DNA from: Gracilimonas sp.
GTDB taxonomy: Bacteria; Bacteroidota; Rhodothermia; Balneolales; Balneolaceae
NCBI RefSeq assembly: GCF_040218225.1
Contig: NZ_JAVJQO010000003.1
Coordinates: 163,326 to 227,325 of the forward strand
Reading direction: 5' to 3'
Length of the DNA stretch: 64,000 nucleotides
This document shows, piece by piece, positions 17,990 through 26,434 of this stretch; within the stretch, counting starts at the first letter, position 1; each line of letters starts with the position of its first letter. The translations under genes were made by a program, and so were the position numbers. Below the pieces are notes generated by a model that was not told the origin of the DNA, did no database searches, and saw nothing but the letters and a program-made list of their open reading frames with translations.

Positions 17990-18157
17990 GTTGATAACTT
18001 TAAATTTTACACACGATTTATAAAAGGCCCAATGACTTACTCAGCCTAAACTGTTCATTAATAGGATAGGATTAGTAATGCTTATATCTAAGCTTTGTAA
18101 GCTCATCAGGCTTTTGGGTTAGTAATTTAAAATTGCATCACTATGGGCAATATCTTT

Positions 18158-19561
18158 TTAAAATTTATTTCCTCTTCCGGTAGCAATAACTCTATTTATA
18201 TTATGCTGAATAGTAACTTCAGTACCATTTAAAGTGTATAAATCTAGCTCACTTAAAGGTGGAAGGTAATCTGGAATTATAGCCACTCTATCGGAGGCTA
18301 CAATATTTGGATTAATAAGTGCCTCCTGCTCAGCAACTGGCCATCTAATACCCAAATCAATCATCCTACGTCCTTCTCCAAAGAACACTTCCTGTCGTAA
18401 TAAATAAAGTGTTGTAAGGGCATCGGTAGCAGTTGAAATAGAAGCTATATCTGCCGGGGTCAAAGACGTACCTGAAATAGTTGGGATTTCTACATTATTG
18501 GTTCGTTCGATAACAAGTCCAGATCTAAACGGATCAGAATCACTAGCCCTGACTGTGAAGGAAGTATTATTGGGTCTTTGATCTACTGTTCCGTCTCCAT
18601 TTCTACTTTCTCCTGAATCATCGATTATTACTGTTGTTCTGGAGTTGACAAGGTTGACCAAGTTTGTCATATCTGTTAAAGCTCCGGGTAAATTGCTATC
18701 AGCTAGTTTTGCCTCAGCTAGTATTAAATGAGCTTCTTCTATCTTTAGGAGTGGAACATCTGAATCTAAAGAGCCACTTATGTCAAAGTACTTTGGATCT
18801 AAAAAGTCCAAGCTTGGAAGTGGCTGAAGATCATCAAAATTACCTCTGTCATGAACAGCATTCTGAAATGTATTTGCAGGTCCATTAACTGCATCAAAAA
18901 GCACATACCTGACATACCCACCACCAGCATCTGCTGTTATGGCTGAATTAGCATCAGCAACTGCTTCAGACTGATTTCCAAGATTATAGTGTGCTCTGGC
19001 TCTCGCCAGCATATAACCCACATTATCTGGATCTATAGCTAATGCAGAAGAAAAGTCTTGCACTGCTGTTTCAAGATGTGTGCTTGGTGATACAGCAGGG
19101 CCAAGCTCTTCAGCCGGTAACACTGTAAATATTTCACCAGCCAATAAGGAAGCAATACCTTTGAAAAAGTAAGCTTCGGCCTCTAATTCATCAACCGGGT
19201 CTGTAGGAATCACTTCACTGAGCACATATTCAGCTTGCTCTCTTAACGTTCCTATACTTACCTGGCAATTCAGGAAATCTGTATCTATGTCTCGATAAAT
19301 ACCTGCATCAACATTCTGGTTAAAGAAAGATTGAACATTGACATAATTATCTGTTGCTAATTCCTGTGTTGTTAAGCAGCTATTTGCTGTACTTGCCAAT
19401 TGCTCTTGAAGTCCATTAACAAATGCTCTAGATGGATTTGGCAGTTCTCTGGCAGCATCAAGTGTTAAGTTTGGATTTTCAACACCAGTGCCATCAATTA
19501 AATCACAAGAAGTCTGGATAAATAAAGCCAGTACTAATAATAAGATTACTCGATTATTCAT
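18158..19561 (-). CDS. RagB/SusD-family outer-membrane lipoprotein
   Basis: 467 aa with a lipobox (FIQTSC) and TPR-like helical content. It lies 38 nt downstream of a SusC-like gene, the canonical pairing. Confidence 0.75.
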   Translation of the reverse strand: MNNRVILLLVLALFIQTSCDLIDGTGVENPNLTLDAARELPNPSRAFVNGLQEQLASTANSCLTTQELATDNYVNVQSFFNQNVDAGIYRDIDTDFLNCQVSIGTLREQAEYVLSEVIPTDPVDELEAEAYFFKGIASLLAGEIFTVLPAEELGPAVSPSTHLETAVQDFSSALAIDPDNVGYMLARARAHYNLGNQSEAVADANSAITADAGGGYVRYVLFDAVNGPANTFQNAVHDRGNFDDLQPLPSLDFLDPKYFDISGSLDSDVPLLKIEEAHLILAEAKLADSNLPGALTDMTNLVNLVNSRTTVIIDDSGESRNGDGTVDQRPNNTSFTVRASDSDPFRSGLVIERTNNVEIPTISGTSLTPADIASISTATDALTTLYLLRQEVFFGEGRRMIDLGIRWPVAEQEALINPNIVASDRVAIIPDYLPPLSELDLYTLNGTEVTIQHNINRVIATGRGNKF

Positions 19562-19599
19562 ATCTCTAATATTTTTTTTAAAAATTTCATTTCAGGTTA

Positions 19600-22425
19600 T
19601 TAAAAATCGATTTTAATACTACCTAGGAATTGTCTGGGTTGAGATTCTGTACCGTATACAAACCCTCCTGTACCTACTTCAGTAGTTCCCTGGGTTCCAA
19701 CATTTGCTCCGGTTACTTCAGGATCGATGTTATTAGCTACAAAATTGAATGGATTTAGCGCCATTGCACCGATACTGATATTCCGTACTATTCCAGAATA
19801 CCATTCTTGAGGCAGGGTATAGTCAAGAGATATGAGCCTAATTTTAGTGTAGGTCGCGTCTTCCACCCATAATCCAGCCAATTCGTTAAAGCTTACACCT
19901 TGTGCTCCAACCGGATATCTATCGTCTGGTGCCCCACGAAGAAATTTTAGTACCTCCGTAGTATTAACTACTTCTCCACCTAATTGATAATCACCAGATA
20001 CATTGAATGCCAGTGATTTATAGTTGAAGTTCATACCAAATGACCCAAATAGATCTGGAATGGAACTACCCAAGTCATCATTAGGAATAACTTCAACTAA
20101 ATTCCCCGCACCATCAAATACAGGGTTATTTCCTCGGAAATAACCAATCGGCTTTCCTTCTTCAACCCAAGCCCCTAGAAATGCAAATCCACCTATTTGG
20201 AATGGCGCACCACCAGATGCTAATACTTTATTAGTAAAGCTATTTGCTGAAGCTCTAAATGATAGACTATAGTCCCTACTTTGAAGTACTTGTATTCTAC
20301 TAGATAACTCCCAGCCTTTATTTTCAATTTCACCTACATTTTGAAGAGAAGCTCCTAATCCTGTTGAAGGCGCATTATTTGAATTAAATAAAGCATCTTC
20401 TGTAACAGTACTATAATAAGTAAACTCTAAGGTAGCCCTGTTATTCCAAAATCCCAGATCTAAACCTGCCTCATAAGTCTTGGACCTTTCAGGCTTAAGG
20501 TTTGGATCGCCCGCTGTTCCAAATTCAATTGACTGACTTCCTCTGAAAGGATCAATATCAGCTAAAACCTGATTAGAGAATGGTGTTGGGAAGTTACCAG
20601 CTTCTCCGTAATTAGCTCGTATCTTAACATTGGAAATTGCGTTCTGAGGAACCAGGTTTTGGAAAAAGCTTTCTGAAGATAATGAATAGCTAACGCCTAC
20701 CTTTGGAAATAACTGTGGATCAACCAATTCTCCAAAAGCTGTGTTATCATCAATGCGGGCTCCAAATTCAATAAAATACTTGTCTTTAAAACCTATATTC
20801 TCCTGGAAAAAGAATCCATAATTGGCAAGTGTACGTCGAAAATCTAATACTGAGGTCTCACTTGCAGCATTCATAGTTTTAACACCGTCGGGTATTTCAC
20901 TACCTAGAATATTTACCTGCCGGTCGTCTGTTCTAAAAAACTGACCTCCCAACAAGGTTATTGTAGAAATATCCTCAAAATCTTTCTGGTATTGTATATT
21001 ACCTTCAAGCGTAATTCCGAGATAGTCTCTTTCGAAGAGTTCAATGGAACCTTGATCAGCAGTTCCAGGAGGTACTACACCTAATGCGATTAAGTAAGCA
21101 TTGGTTTGAATTTCCCTTTGCCTAGTTGTTCGATTATCCAAACCAACTGTAGCTTTAGCAGTTAATCCTTGTCTGATATCAAAATCAAAATTATGAGATG
21201 TCTGAAATCTCTTGTTGTCTTCTGTTAAATCCACATTGTCTTGGATATCAGTTATCATCTCATCCAAAGCTGTGTAATCCTCTTGACTTAACTCATCAAC
21301 ATTCCCAAACCTTGCCCCTTCAAGACTATTAAATGATCCTGCGGAACTATTGGCGTTTCTGTCTCTATCGTATTCTGAGCTAGTGAACCCAATTGAGCCA
21401 GTATATTTAACTATATCATTCACATTTGCTGATACAGTTGTTCTTAAGCTATGCCGTATTTCTTCATTATTTTTCCTAAACCCGTCATTGTCTAGCATGG
21501 AACCGCCAAAAGAGTAGGTAATGTCTTCACTACCTCCACTTGCAGACATCTTATATTCTTGTACAACTCCTGTTTCAAATAAAATATCAGCAGTTCTGTC
21601 AAAAAACAGAAAGTCTTCTGTTCCTTTAGTTATCCCAAGGTTACTTTCGAAAGTAAAATTGCTAGCTCCTCTTACTCCTTTCTTTGTAAATATTTGAATT
21701 ACGCCATTCGCAGCATCTGCTCCATATAAAGTAGTTGCAGCTCCTCCCTTAATGAACTCTATCCTTTCTATATTCTCCAAAGGAATATCAGCAACTGAAG
21801 AACTTTCAGCCCCACCAGTTGCAATAGATTGATTTGCTCCAGTAGTATTATCTACTCGAACACCATCTATATAGATTACCGGTGTTGAAGAAGTTAATGC
21901 TGAATTTACACCCCGGCCCCTTATCAATGAGGCTGTACCAGGTTGTCCTGAAGACAATCTTATTTGTGAGTTTGGCAGGTTAGCCTGTAAAACTTGGTCT
22001 AACCGTATTGCAGGAATAGATTCAAGATCTTTTGCACTTATAACATCAACCGTCGTAGATAAGCGCTTCTTGTCAATTGCCTGTCCCTGCCCTGTGACCA
22101 CAATTTCTTCGAGACCAGCGATATCCTCTTCTAAAGAAATATCTAAAGTCTCAGAACCATCAACATTTATAGTAAGATCCTGCCGGAGATATCCTATATA
22201 AGTTACTCTGACATTGTATGTACCATAAGGGATGTCGGAAATTGTAAACCCTCCATTCACATCTGATGAAGCCCCTCTACCTAATTCGGAAATATATATA
22301 TTCGCGCCAGGTAATTCTTCACCTGTTACTGCATCAACTATTGTGCCTGTTATAGAACCACTTTGGGCGTAAGCCGTAGTAGTCCAAAACAATGCTAAAA
22401 CCAGAAATAGTAGCTTTCTAATCAT
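19600..22425 (-). CDS. SusC/RagA-family TonB-dependent outer-membrane transporter
   Basis: 941 aa with a signal peptide and a CarboxypepD_reg-like N-domain (GSITGTIVDAVTGEELPGANIYI...GTYNVRVTYIGY). It has the TonB-box-like EEIVVTG, a plug region (IRGRGVNS...PVIYIDGV...IERIEFIKG) and a C-terminal aromatic residue (KIDF). There is no STN domain. Confidence 0.9.
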   Translation of the reverse strand: MIRKLLFLVLALFWTTTAYAQSGSITGTIVDAVTGEELPGANIYISELGRGASSDVNGGFTISDIPYGTYNVRVTYIGYLRQDLTINVDGSETLDISLEEDIAGLEEIVVTGQGQAIDKKRLSTTVDVISAKDLESIPAIRLDQVLQANLPNSQIRLSSGQPGTASLIRGRGVNSALTSSTPVIYIDGVRVDNTTGANQSIATGGAESSSVADIPLENIERIEFIKGGAATTLYGADAANGVIQIFTKKGVRGASNFTFESNLGITKGTEDFLFFDRTADILFETGVVQEYKMSASGGSEDITYSFGGSMLDNDGFRKNNEEIRHSLRTTVSANVNDIVKYTGSIGFTSSEYDRDRNANSSAGSFNSLEGARFGNVDELSQEDYTALDEMITDIQDNVDLTEDNKRFQTSHNFDFDIRQGLTAKATVGLDNRTTRQREIQTNAYLIALGVVPPGTADQGSIELFERDYLGITLEGNIQYQKDFEDISTITLLGGQFFRTDDRQVNILGSEIPDGVKTMNAASETSVLDFRRTLANYGFFFQENIGFKDKYFIEFGARIDDNTAFGELVDPQLFPKVGVSYSLSSESFFQNLVPQNAISNVKIRANYGEAGNFPTPFSNQVLADIDPFRGSQSIEFGTAGDPNLKPERSKTYEAGLDLGFWNNRATLEFTYYSTVTEDALFNSNNAPSTGLGASLQNVGEIENKGWELSSRIQVLQSRDYSLSFRASANSFTNKVLASGGAPFQIGGFAFLGAWVEEGKPIGYFRGNNPVFDGAGNLVEVIPNDDLGSSIPDLFGSFGMNFNYKSLAFNVSGDYQLGGEVVNTTEVLKFLRGAPDDRYPVGAQGVSFNELAGLWVEDATYTKIRLISLDYTLPQEWYSGIVRNISIGAMALNPFNFVANNIDPEVTGANVGTQGTTEVGTGGFVYGTESQPRQFLGSIKIDF

Positions 22426-22602
22426 AAAAACCTCTTTTAGTTTATGTTTTTTTAATTATTTAAGTAATGACTATTGATAAGTCATCACGATAAATAAGAG
22501 GTGATTAGATTGGATAAAACTTAATGTGATAACACGGTTACTATTTATGGATATCCTGCACTGTTATAAGGAGAAGCTGAATTTCCAGAAAGGTAAAATT
22601 AT

Positions 22603-23367
22603 CTAATTGAAGCTCTCTTTTTCCATTTTCTTTAAAAACCCGTTGTAACTACGGCTCATTCTTAATTCAGTCCCATCTTTCATTATCACATTGTAATCTC
22701 CGTAAAGCAACTCTACAAATTTGTCGACACAGTCCAGATTAATAAAAGTAGATTTATGAATTTGGTAAAATTTATTTTGATCAAGTTGCTCCAATAGACC
22801 ACTCAGAGTGCTTCTAATCATATACTTTTTCTTTTCAAAGACAATTTTGACATAATTACCCGATGACTCCACCCATTCAATATCATATTGCCCTATAATC
22901 TTTACATCTTTCCCACTTTTTAAAACGAATCTATCACTGTTTTTTTGATCTGCACTAGAAACTATATTCTTATTATTAGCTAAAAGTCTTTTATATCTAA
23001 TGTTATACTTTGCTTTTTCAATGATAGTTAAAACTCTTTCTTCATCAATTGGCTTGTGAATATAATCGAATGCATTAACCTCAAAAGCACGTACTGCATA
23101 TTTACTGAAAGCCGTTACAAAGACTATTAGCGGAACATTGAATTCAATTTCTGAAAGTACATCAAATCCATTTTTTGCAGGCATTTCTATATCTAAAAAA
23201 ACCAAATCTGGCCGTAATTTATTAATCTCATCAATAGCTTCTTCACTATCATTGTAGCAACCAATTATGGTTACAGTTTTTTCTGCCGTTAAAATTTGTT
23301 GTATTCGTTCTACACTATATTTCTCATCATCAACAATAGCTACTTTTAAAAAATCATGGCTATCCAT
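22603..23367 (-). CDS. LytR/AlgR-family response regulator (REC + LytTR DNA-binding domain)
   Basis: 254 aa. It has a receiver domain (VAIVDDE ... PDLVFLDIEMP) and a C-terminal LytTR-like block (IEWVESSGNYVKI...FYQIHKSTFINL). Confidence 0.9.
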   Translation of the reverse strand: MDSHDFLKVAIVDDEKYSVERIQQILTAEKTVTIIGCYNDSEEAIDEINKLRPDLVFLDIEMPAKNGFDVLSEIEFNVPLIVFVTAFSKYAVRAFEVNAFDYIHKPIDEERVLTIIEKAKYNIRYKRLLANNKNIVSSADQKNSDRFVLKSGKDVKIIGQYDIEWVESSGNYVKIVFEKKKYMIRSTLSGLLEQLDQNKFYQIHKSTFINLDCVDKFVELLYGDYNVIMKDGTELRMSRSYNGFLKKMEKESFN

Positions 23368-23597
23368 ATTACTTGATATATTTAAACTTAGTTCATTTTA
23401 CCCTTGTCACTCAACAGTTTTAGACCGAATAAACTGAATAAATGTTACACTCATAACTCCCTAAGTTTGCTAGAATGTGATAACTCGCTTCCTGTTGGTG
23501 ACCTCTCGCACTCAATCGGATAAAGAATGTCGTAAATTAATTTAATAGTCGTATCAATTTTCCAGATTTCAATTACCAAACATTTCAATCCAAGACT

Positions 23598-24737
23598 GTG
23601 AACAAAAAATATTTTAATCAATTCAAACTAGAAAAACCCCTTTTATATGTTTTAACTGGGCTTTGTTTAGTTACAATGTTTATTACCTTCATTAAAATAG
23701 TATACTTCTATAACATTTGGCCAACACAGTTAAATCGTCAAGTATGGGAAATATTACTCGAAGATTTAACAATTGATATTTTGACCTTTACTAGCTTTTC
23801 TGTTTTTATTCTATACTCTACAAGCTATTTTTTTTTTAAAGAATACAATGGTTTTATAATCATTAGTTTTCATCTTTTCTTTTCATTTGTTTCAAGTCTT
23901 ATTGCTCATGTACTTGATGTAGTTTCTTCACTTTCTTTTGGATCAATAACAATCGATACAATATTTAATTACAATCATATAACAGCTGTATTTAGAGATG
24001 TTGACCGTAATTTCTTCCTGTATTTCTCTATTCTATCCATCGCATACATATATCACTACTATAAGCAGTATAGGGTAGCAGAATTCGAACGAGTTGAAAC
24101 CAATCATAAACTTACAATTGCAAATCTAAATTTGATTCAATCACAGCTCGAACCTCATCTTCTCTTTAATACGTTGAATAGTATAAGCTCTCTCGTTTAT
24201 TCTGATAAAGATAAGGCCGTTAAAACGATTACTAATTTAGGTGACATTTTAAGGGCAACATTAATGCTTCGTGACACACAATTTATAAGTGTCAAAGAAG
24301 AGATATCTTATTTAAGTAACTATATTGAAATATTGAATCTAAAATTCAATGACCGAATAATATTAAGGGAAAAAATCAACAAAGAGACAATCGATAAAAA
24401 AATACCTTCCTTAATTTTACAACCAATTATTGAAAATGCTGTAAAGCATGGTCTAAATGATTCCAATACTGATTTAGAAATATTGTTATTTACAGATATT
24501 GATAAAGAAGGAAAACTTGTCATTGATATAAAAAATTCGGGAAGTAAAATTAACCCTAAGGCTGATTTCAATAAAGAAAATTTAAAAAAGGGATTATCTT
24601 TAGTAAAGCAGAGGCTATCTTTGATTTACAAGAAAGGATTTACTTTTGACATTCAAAACTTAGATGATCCAATCTTCAATGTCGGGGTAAAAATTGTAAT
24701 TGATGAACCTAAAATTGACCTCCTTAAATATAATTAA
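23598..24737 (+). CDS. LytS/YehU-type sensor histidine kinase (multi-TM sensor + His_kinase + HATPase_c)
   Basis: 379 aa. It has several N-terminal TM segments, the block QSQLEPHLLFNTLNSISSLV (typical of PF06580-type kinases) and the N-box region LILQPIIENAVKHG. Confidence 0.85.
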   Translation: MNKKYFNQFKLEKPLLYVLTGLCLVTMFITFIKIVYFYNIWPTQLNRQVWEILLEDLTIDILTFTSFSVFILYSTSYFFFKEYNGFIIISFHLFFSFVSSLIAHVLDVVSSLSFGSITIDTIFNYNHITAVFRDVDRNFFLYFSILSIAYIYHYYKQYRVAEFERVETNHKLTIANLNLIQSQLEPHLLFNTLNSISSLVYSDKDKAVKTITNLGDILRATLMLRDTQFISVKEEISYLSNYIEILNLKFNDRIILREKINKETIDKKIPSLILQPIIENAVKHGLNDSNTDLEILLFTDIDKEGKLVIDIKNSGSKINPKADFNKENLKKGLSLVKQRLSLIYKKGFTFDIQNLDDPIFNVGVKIVIDEPKIDLLKYN

Positions 24738-24879
24738 TTATCCGGCATATTAATTTTGGGTGCACCTTATCACTTTTTAAAAGCATCTAATCACTCTAAA
24801 TAGATATAAATATTGTCAAATATTTATAATCTGACGGCATTACAACAAACATCACATAGTGTTCTCGTTAATGCCAATT

Positions 24880-24958
24880 AGCCTTGATGCTTAAAAGTTA
24901 TCCACAAAGGTAGTAGCTTACCTCAGCATAGTAGCTTTTCTTGGCATCAGGCTTTTTT
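24880..24958 (+). terminator. extended stem-loop plus U-tract downstream of the kinase gene (terminator or small structured RNA)
   Basis: The outer stem AGCCTTGATGC / GCATCAGGCT has 10 bp and one bulge. An inner AAAAG/CTTTT stem follows, and TTTTTT lies at 24953-24958. Confidence 0.45.
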
Positions 24959-25063
24959 ATTTAATTCAGTTTGTTAAATGCTTTTCAATAAACAATTTAT
25001 TGAAGATCAATTATTCCTGTAACTGAGCCTGGGCAAAACAATTTGATAAACAACCGTCAATTA

Positions 25064-25096
25064 TTTGCAAGTTGTTGCAAACAAGTTGTAACTTTG
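25064..25096 (+). promoter_or_regulatory. candidate Bacteroidota-type promoter for the tRNA (TTTG-N21-TAACTTTG)
   Basis: TTTG lies at 25064-25067 and TAACTTTG (a TAnnTTTG -7 box) at 25089-25096. The box ends 24 nt before the tRNA 5' end. Confidence 0.3.
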
Positions 25097-25120
25097 CAGC
25101 CCTCTAAATTTTAGTATTTA

Positions 25121-25194
25121 GGGCCCGTAGCTCAGTTGGTTAGAGCAGTCGACTCATAATCGATTGGTCGCAGGTTCAAGTCCTGCCGGGCCCA
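25121..25194 (+). tRNA. tRNA with CAU anticodon (elongator Met or lysidine-modified Ile2); CCA not encoded
   Basis: Hand-folded cloverleaf: acceptor GGGCCCG/CGGGCCC, D-arm GCTC/GAGC, anticodon arm GTCGA-CTCATAA-TCGAT, T-arm GCAGG-TTCAAGT-CCTGC, discriminator A. A paired G1-C72 excludes an initiator tRNA. Confidence 0.9.
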
Positions 25195-25207
25195 CTTTTA
25201 ATTCATT

Positions 25208-25255
25208 TCAAAAAAACAGAAAACCCGCACAGATCAAATGTCCTGCACGGGTTTT
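25208..25255 (-). terminator. intrinsic terminator of the USP gene (also positioned to stop tRNA read-through)
   Basis: On the minus strand, AAAACCCGTGCAG...CTGTGCGGGTTTT forms an 8+3 bp stem. It is followed by TTTTCTGTTTTTTT. Confidence 0.7.
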
Positions 25256-25291
25256 CCCTCACCTACCTAATTTGCAAATCAATCATCTGAG

Positions 25292-26254
25292 CTATTCAGG
25301 TCGTAGCGTCATCAATGGTTTTTTGAGATGCTGGGCTACAATAGCTGTGGTTGAACCAAGTAATATTCGGGCAATCCCGGTTCTTCCATGTGTACTCATG
25401 ATGATCATATCTGCACTTTCGTTTGCGTAATCGCAAATTTCAGTATGGGCCGAGAAGCCTTTTTTCACAATACTGATGAATTTCACAGATTCTGATCCGG
25501 TGTCTGTTTCACGAATCAGCAGGTCTTCAAAGTCAACTCCGGTTCGTTCTACTTTAAAACCTAATTCCGGATGCTTATCAAAATACTTGCCAATATTCTG
25601 AATCAGTGAATGATAGACTGCTGAATCATCTTCCATAGCAAATGGCATTACCTCCATTCCCAGTGAGTACGGCTCAATGATGTGCATCAAGGTGATGCGG
25701 GCATCAAAGGCATGAGCAAACTCAAAGGCCTGAACCAAAGGTGCTACTGAGTCGCCGGACCCATCCATCGGCACCAGGATTTCATGAATCTCATCTTCAC
25801 CAAAAGCGGTGTCGATGCTTAGCACCGGTTTTTCACAGTATCGTATTACTTTTTCAGTTATATGACTGCGGATTTCATCCGTATCATGACCACCTTTATT
25901 GCTCATAATGAGCAGGTCGTACTGACTTTCGTTGGCTTTGTTAGCTATAACCTGAGAGGGTTTTCGTCCAACAAGATTAATCAGCTGACCGCGATGTTCT
26001 TTGGGAATATATTCCTCGGCAATTTCATGAAGCTTTTCATTGGCTGTTTTCAGTACTTTAGGGTATAGGTCTTTTTCCATGTCAAATGGAACACCCAGAT
26101 GCTGCATACTTTCATCATAATAGCTCATGAGTGGAATCACATGAATAAGATCGACGGTGCTGTCGTACATCTCCACAAATTTAGCCGCCATTTTAACCGC
26201 TTCAAGGGAAGCTTCTGAAAAATCGGTAGGGACTAAGATATGACTGGCTTTCAT
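25292..26254 (-). CDS. tandem-domain universal stress protein
   Basis: 320 aa with two UspA-like halves, each ending in an ATP-binding-type motif (MSNKGGH.. / MSTHGRTGIARILLGSTT). Confidence 0.85.
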   Translation of the reverse strand: MKASHILVPTDFSEASLEAVKMAAKFVEMYDSTVDLIHVIPLMSYYDESMQHLGVPFDMEKDLYPKVLKTANEKLHEIAEEYIPKEHRGQLINLVGRKPSQVIANKANESQYDLLIMSNKGGHDTDEIRSHITEKVIRYCEKPVLSIDTAFGEDEIHEILVPMDGSGDSVAPLVQAFEFAHAFDARITLMHIIEPYSLGMEVMPFAMEDDSAVYHSLIQNIGKYFDKHPELGFKVERTGVDFEDLLIRETDTGSESVKFISIVKKGFSAHTEICDYANESADMIIMSTHGRTGIARILLGSTTAIVAQHLKKPLMTLRPE

Positions 26255-26434
26255 AACAACCTCCTCTGTTATTAGTTGTTAGGAGAAGATCGTTATCTAC
26301 TGTGAAGGTTGAATGAAGAGAATTTCAGTTTTTTTTGGTAAGATGATTAATGAAAATCATTCTGAGGATGCATCCTCGAATCTATACCTTTGGAATAAAA
26401 AATGAATTCTGGCTAAGATCCGCTGATCTTTAAA

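Noticed and set aside
22476-22532. Four GATAA pentamers upstream of susC as possible LytTR direct repeats
   Set aside because: The spacings are irregular (13, 24 and 15 nt), and a pentamer this AT-rich is expected by chance in about 25% G+C DNA.
12880-25120. Classical integrative genomic island or ICE
   Set aside because: No integrase, excisionase, transposase or conjugation gene is present, and I see no repeat of the tRNA 3' end by eye. I keep it only as a compositional anomaly.
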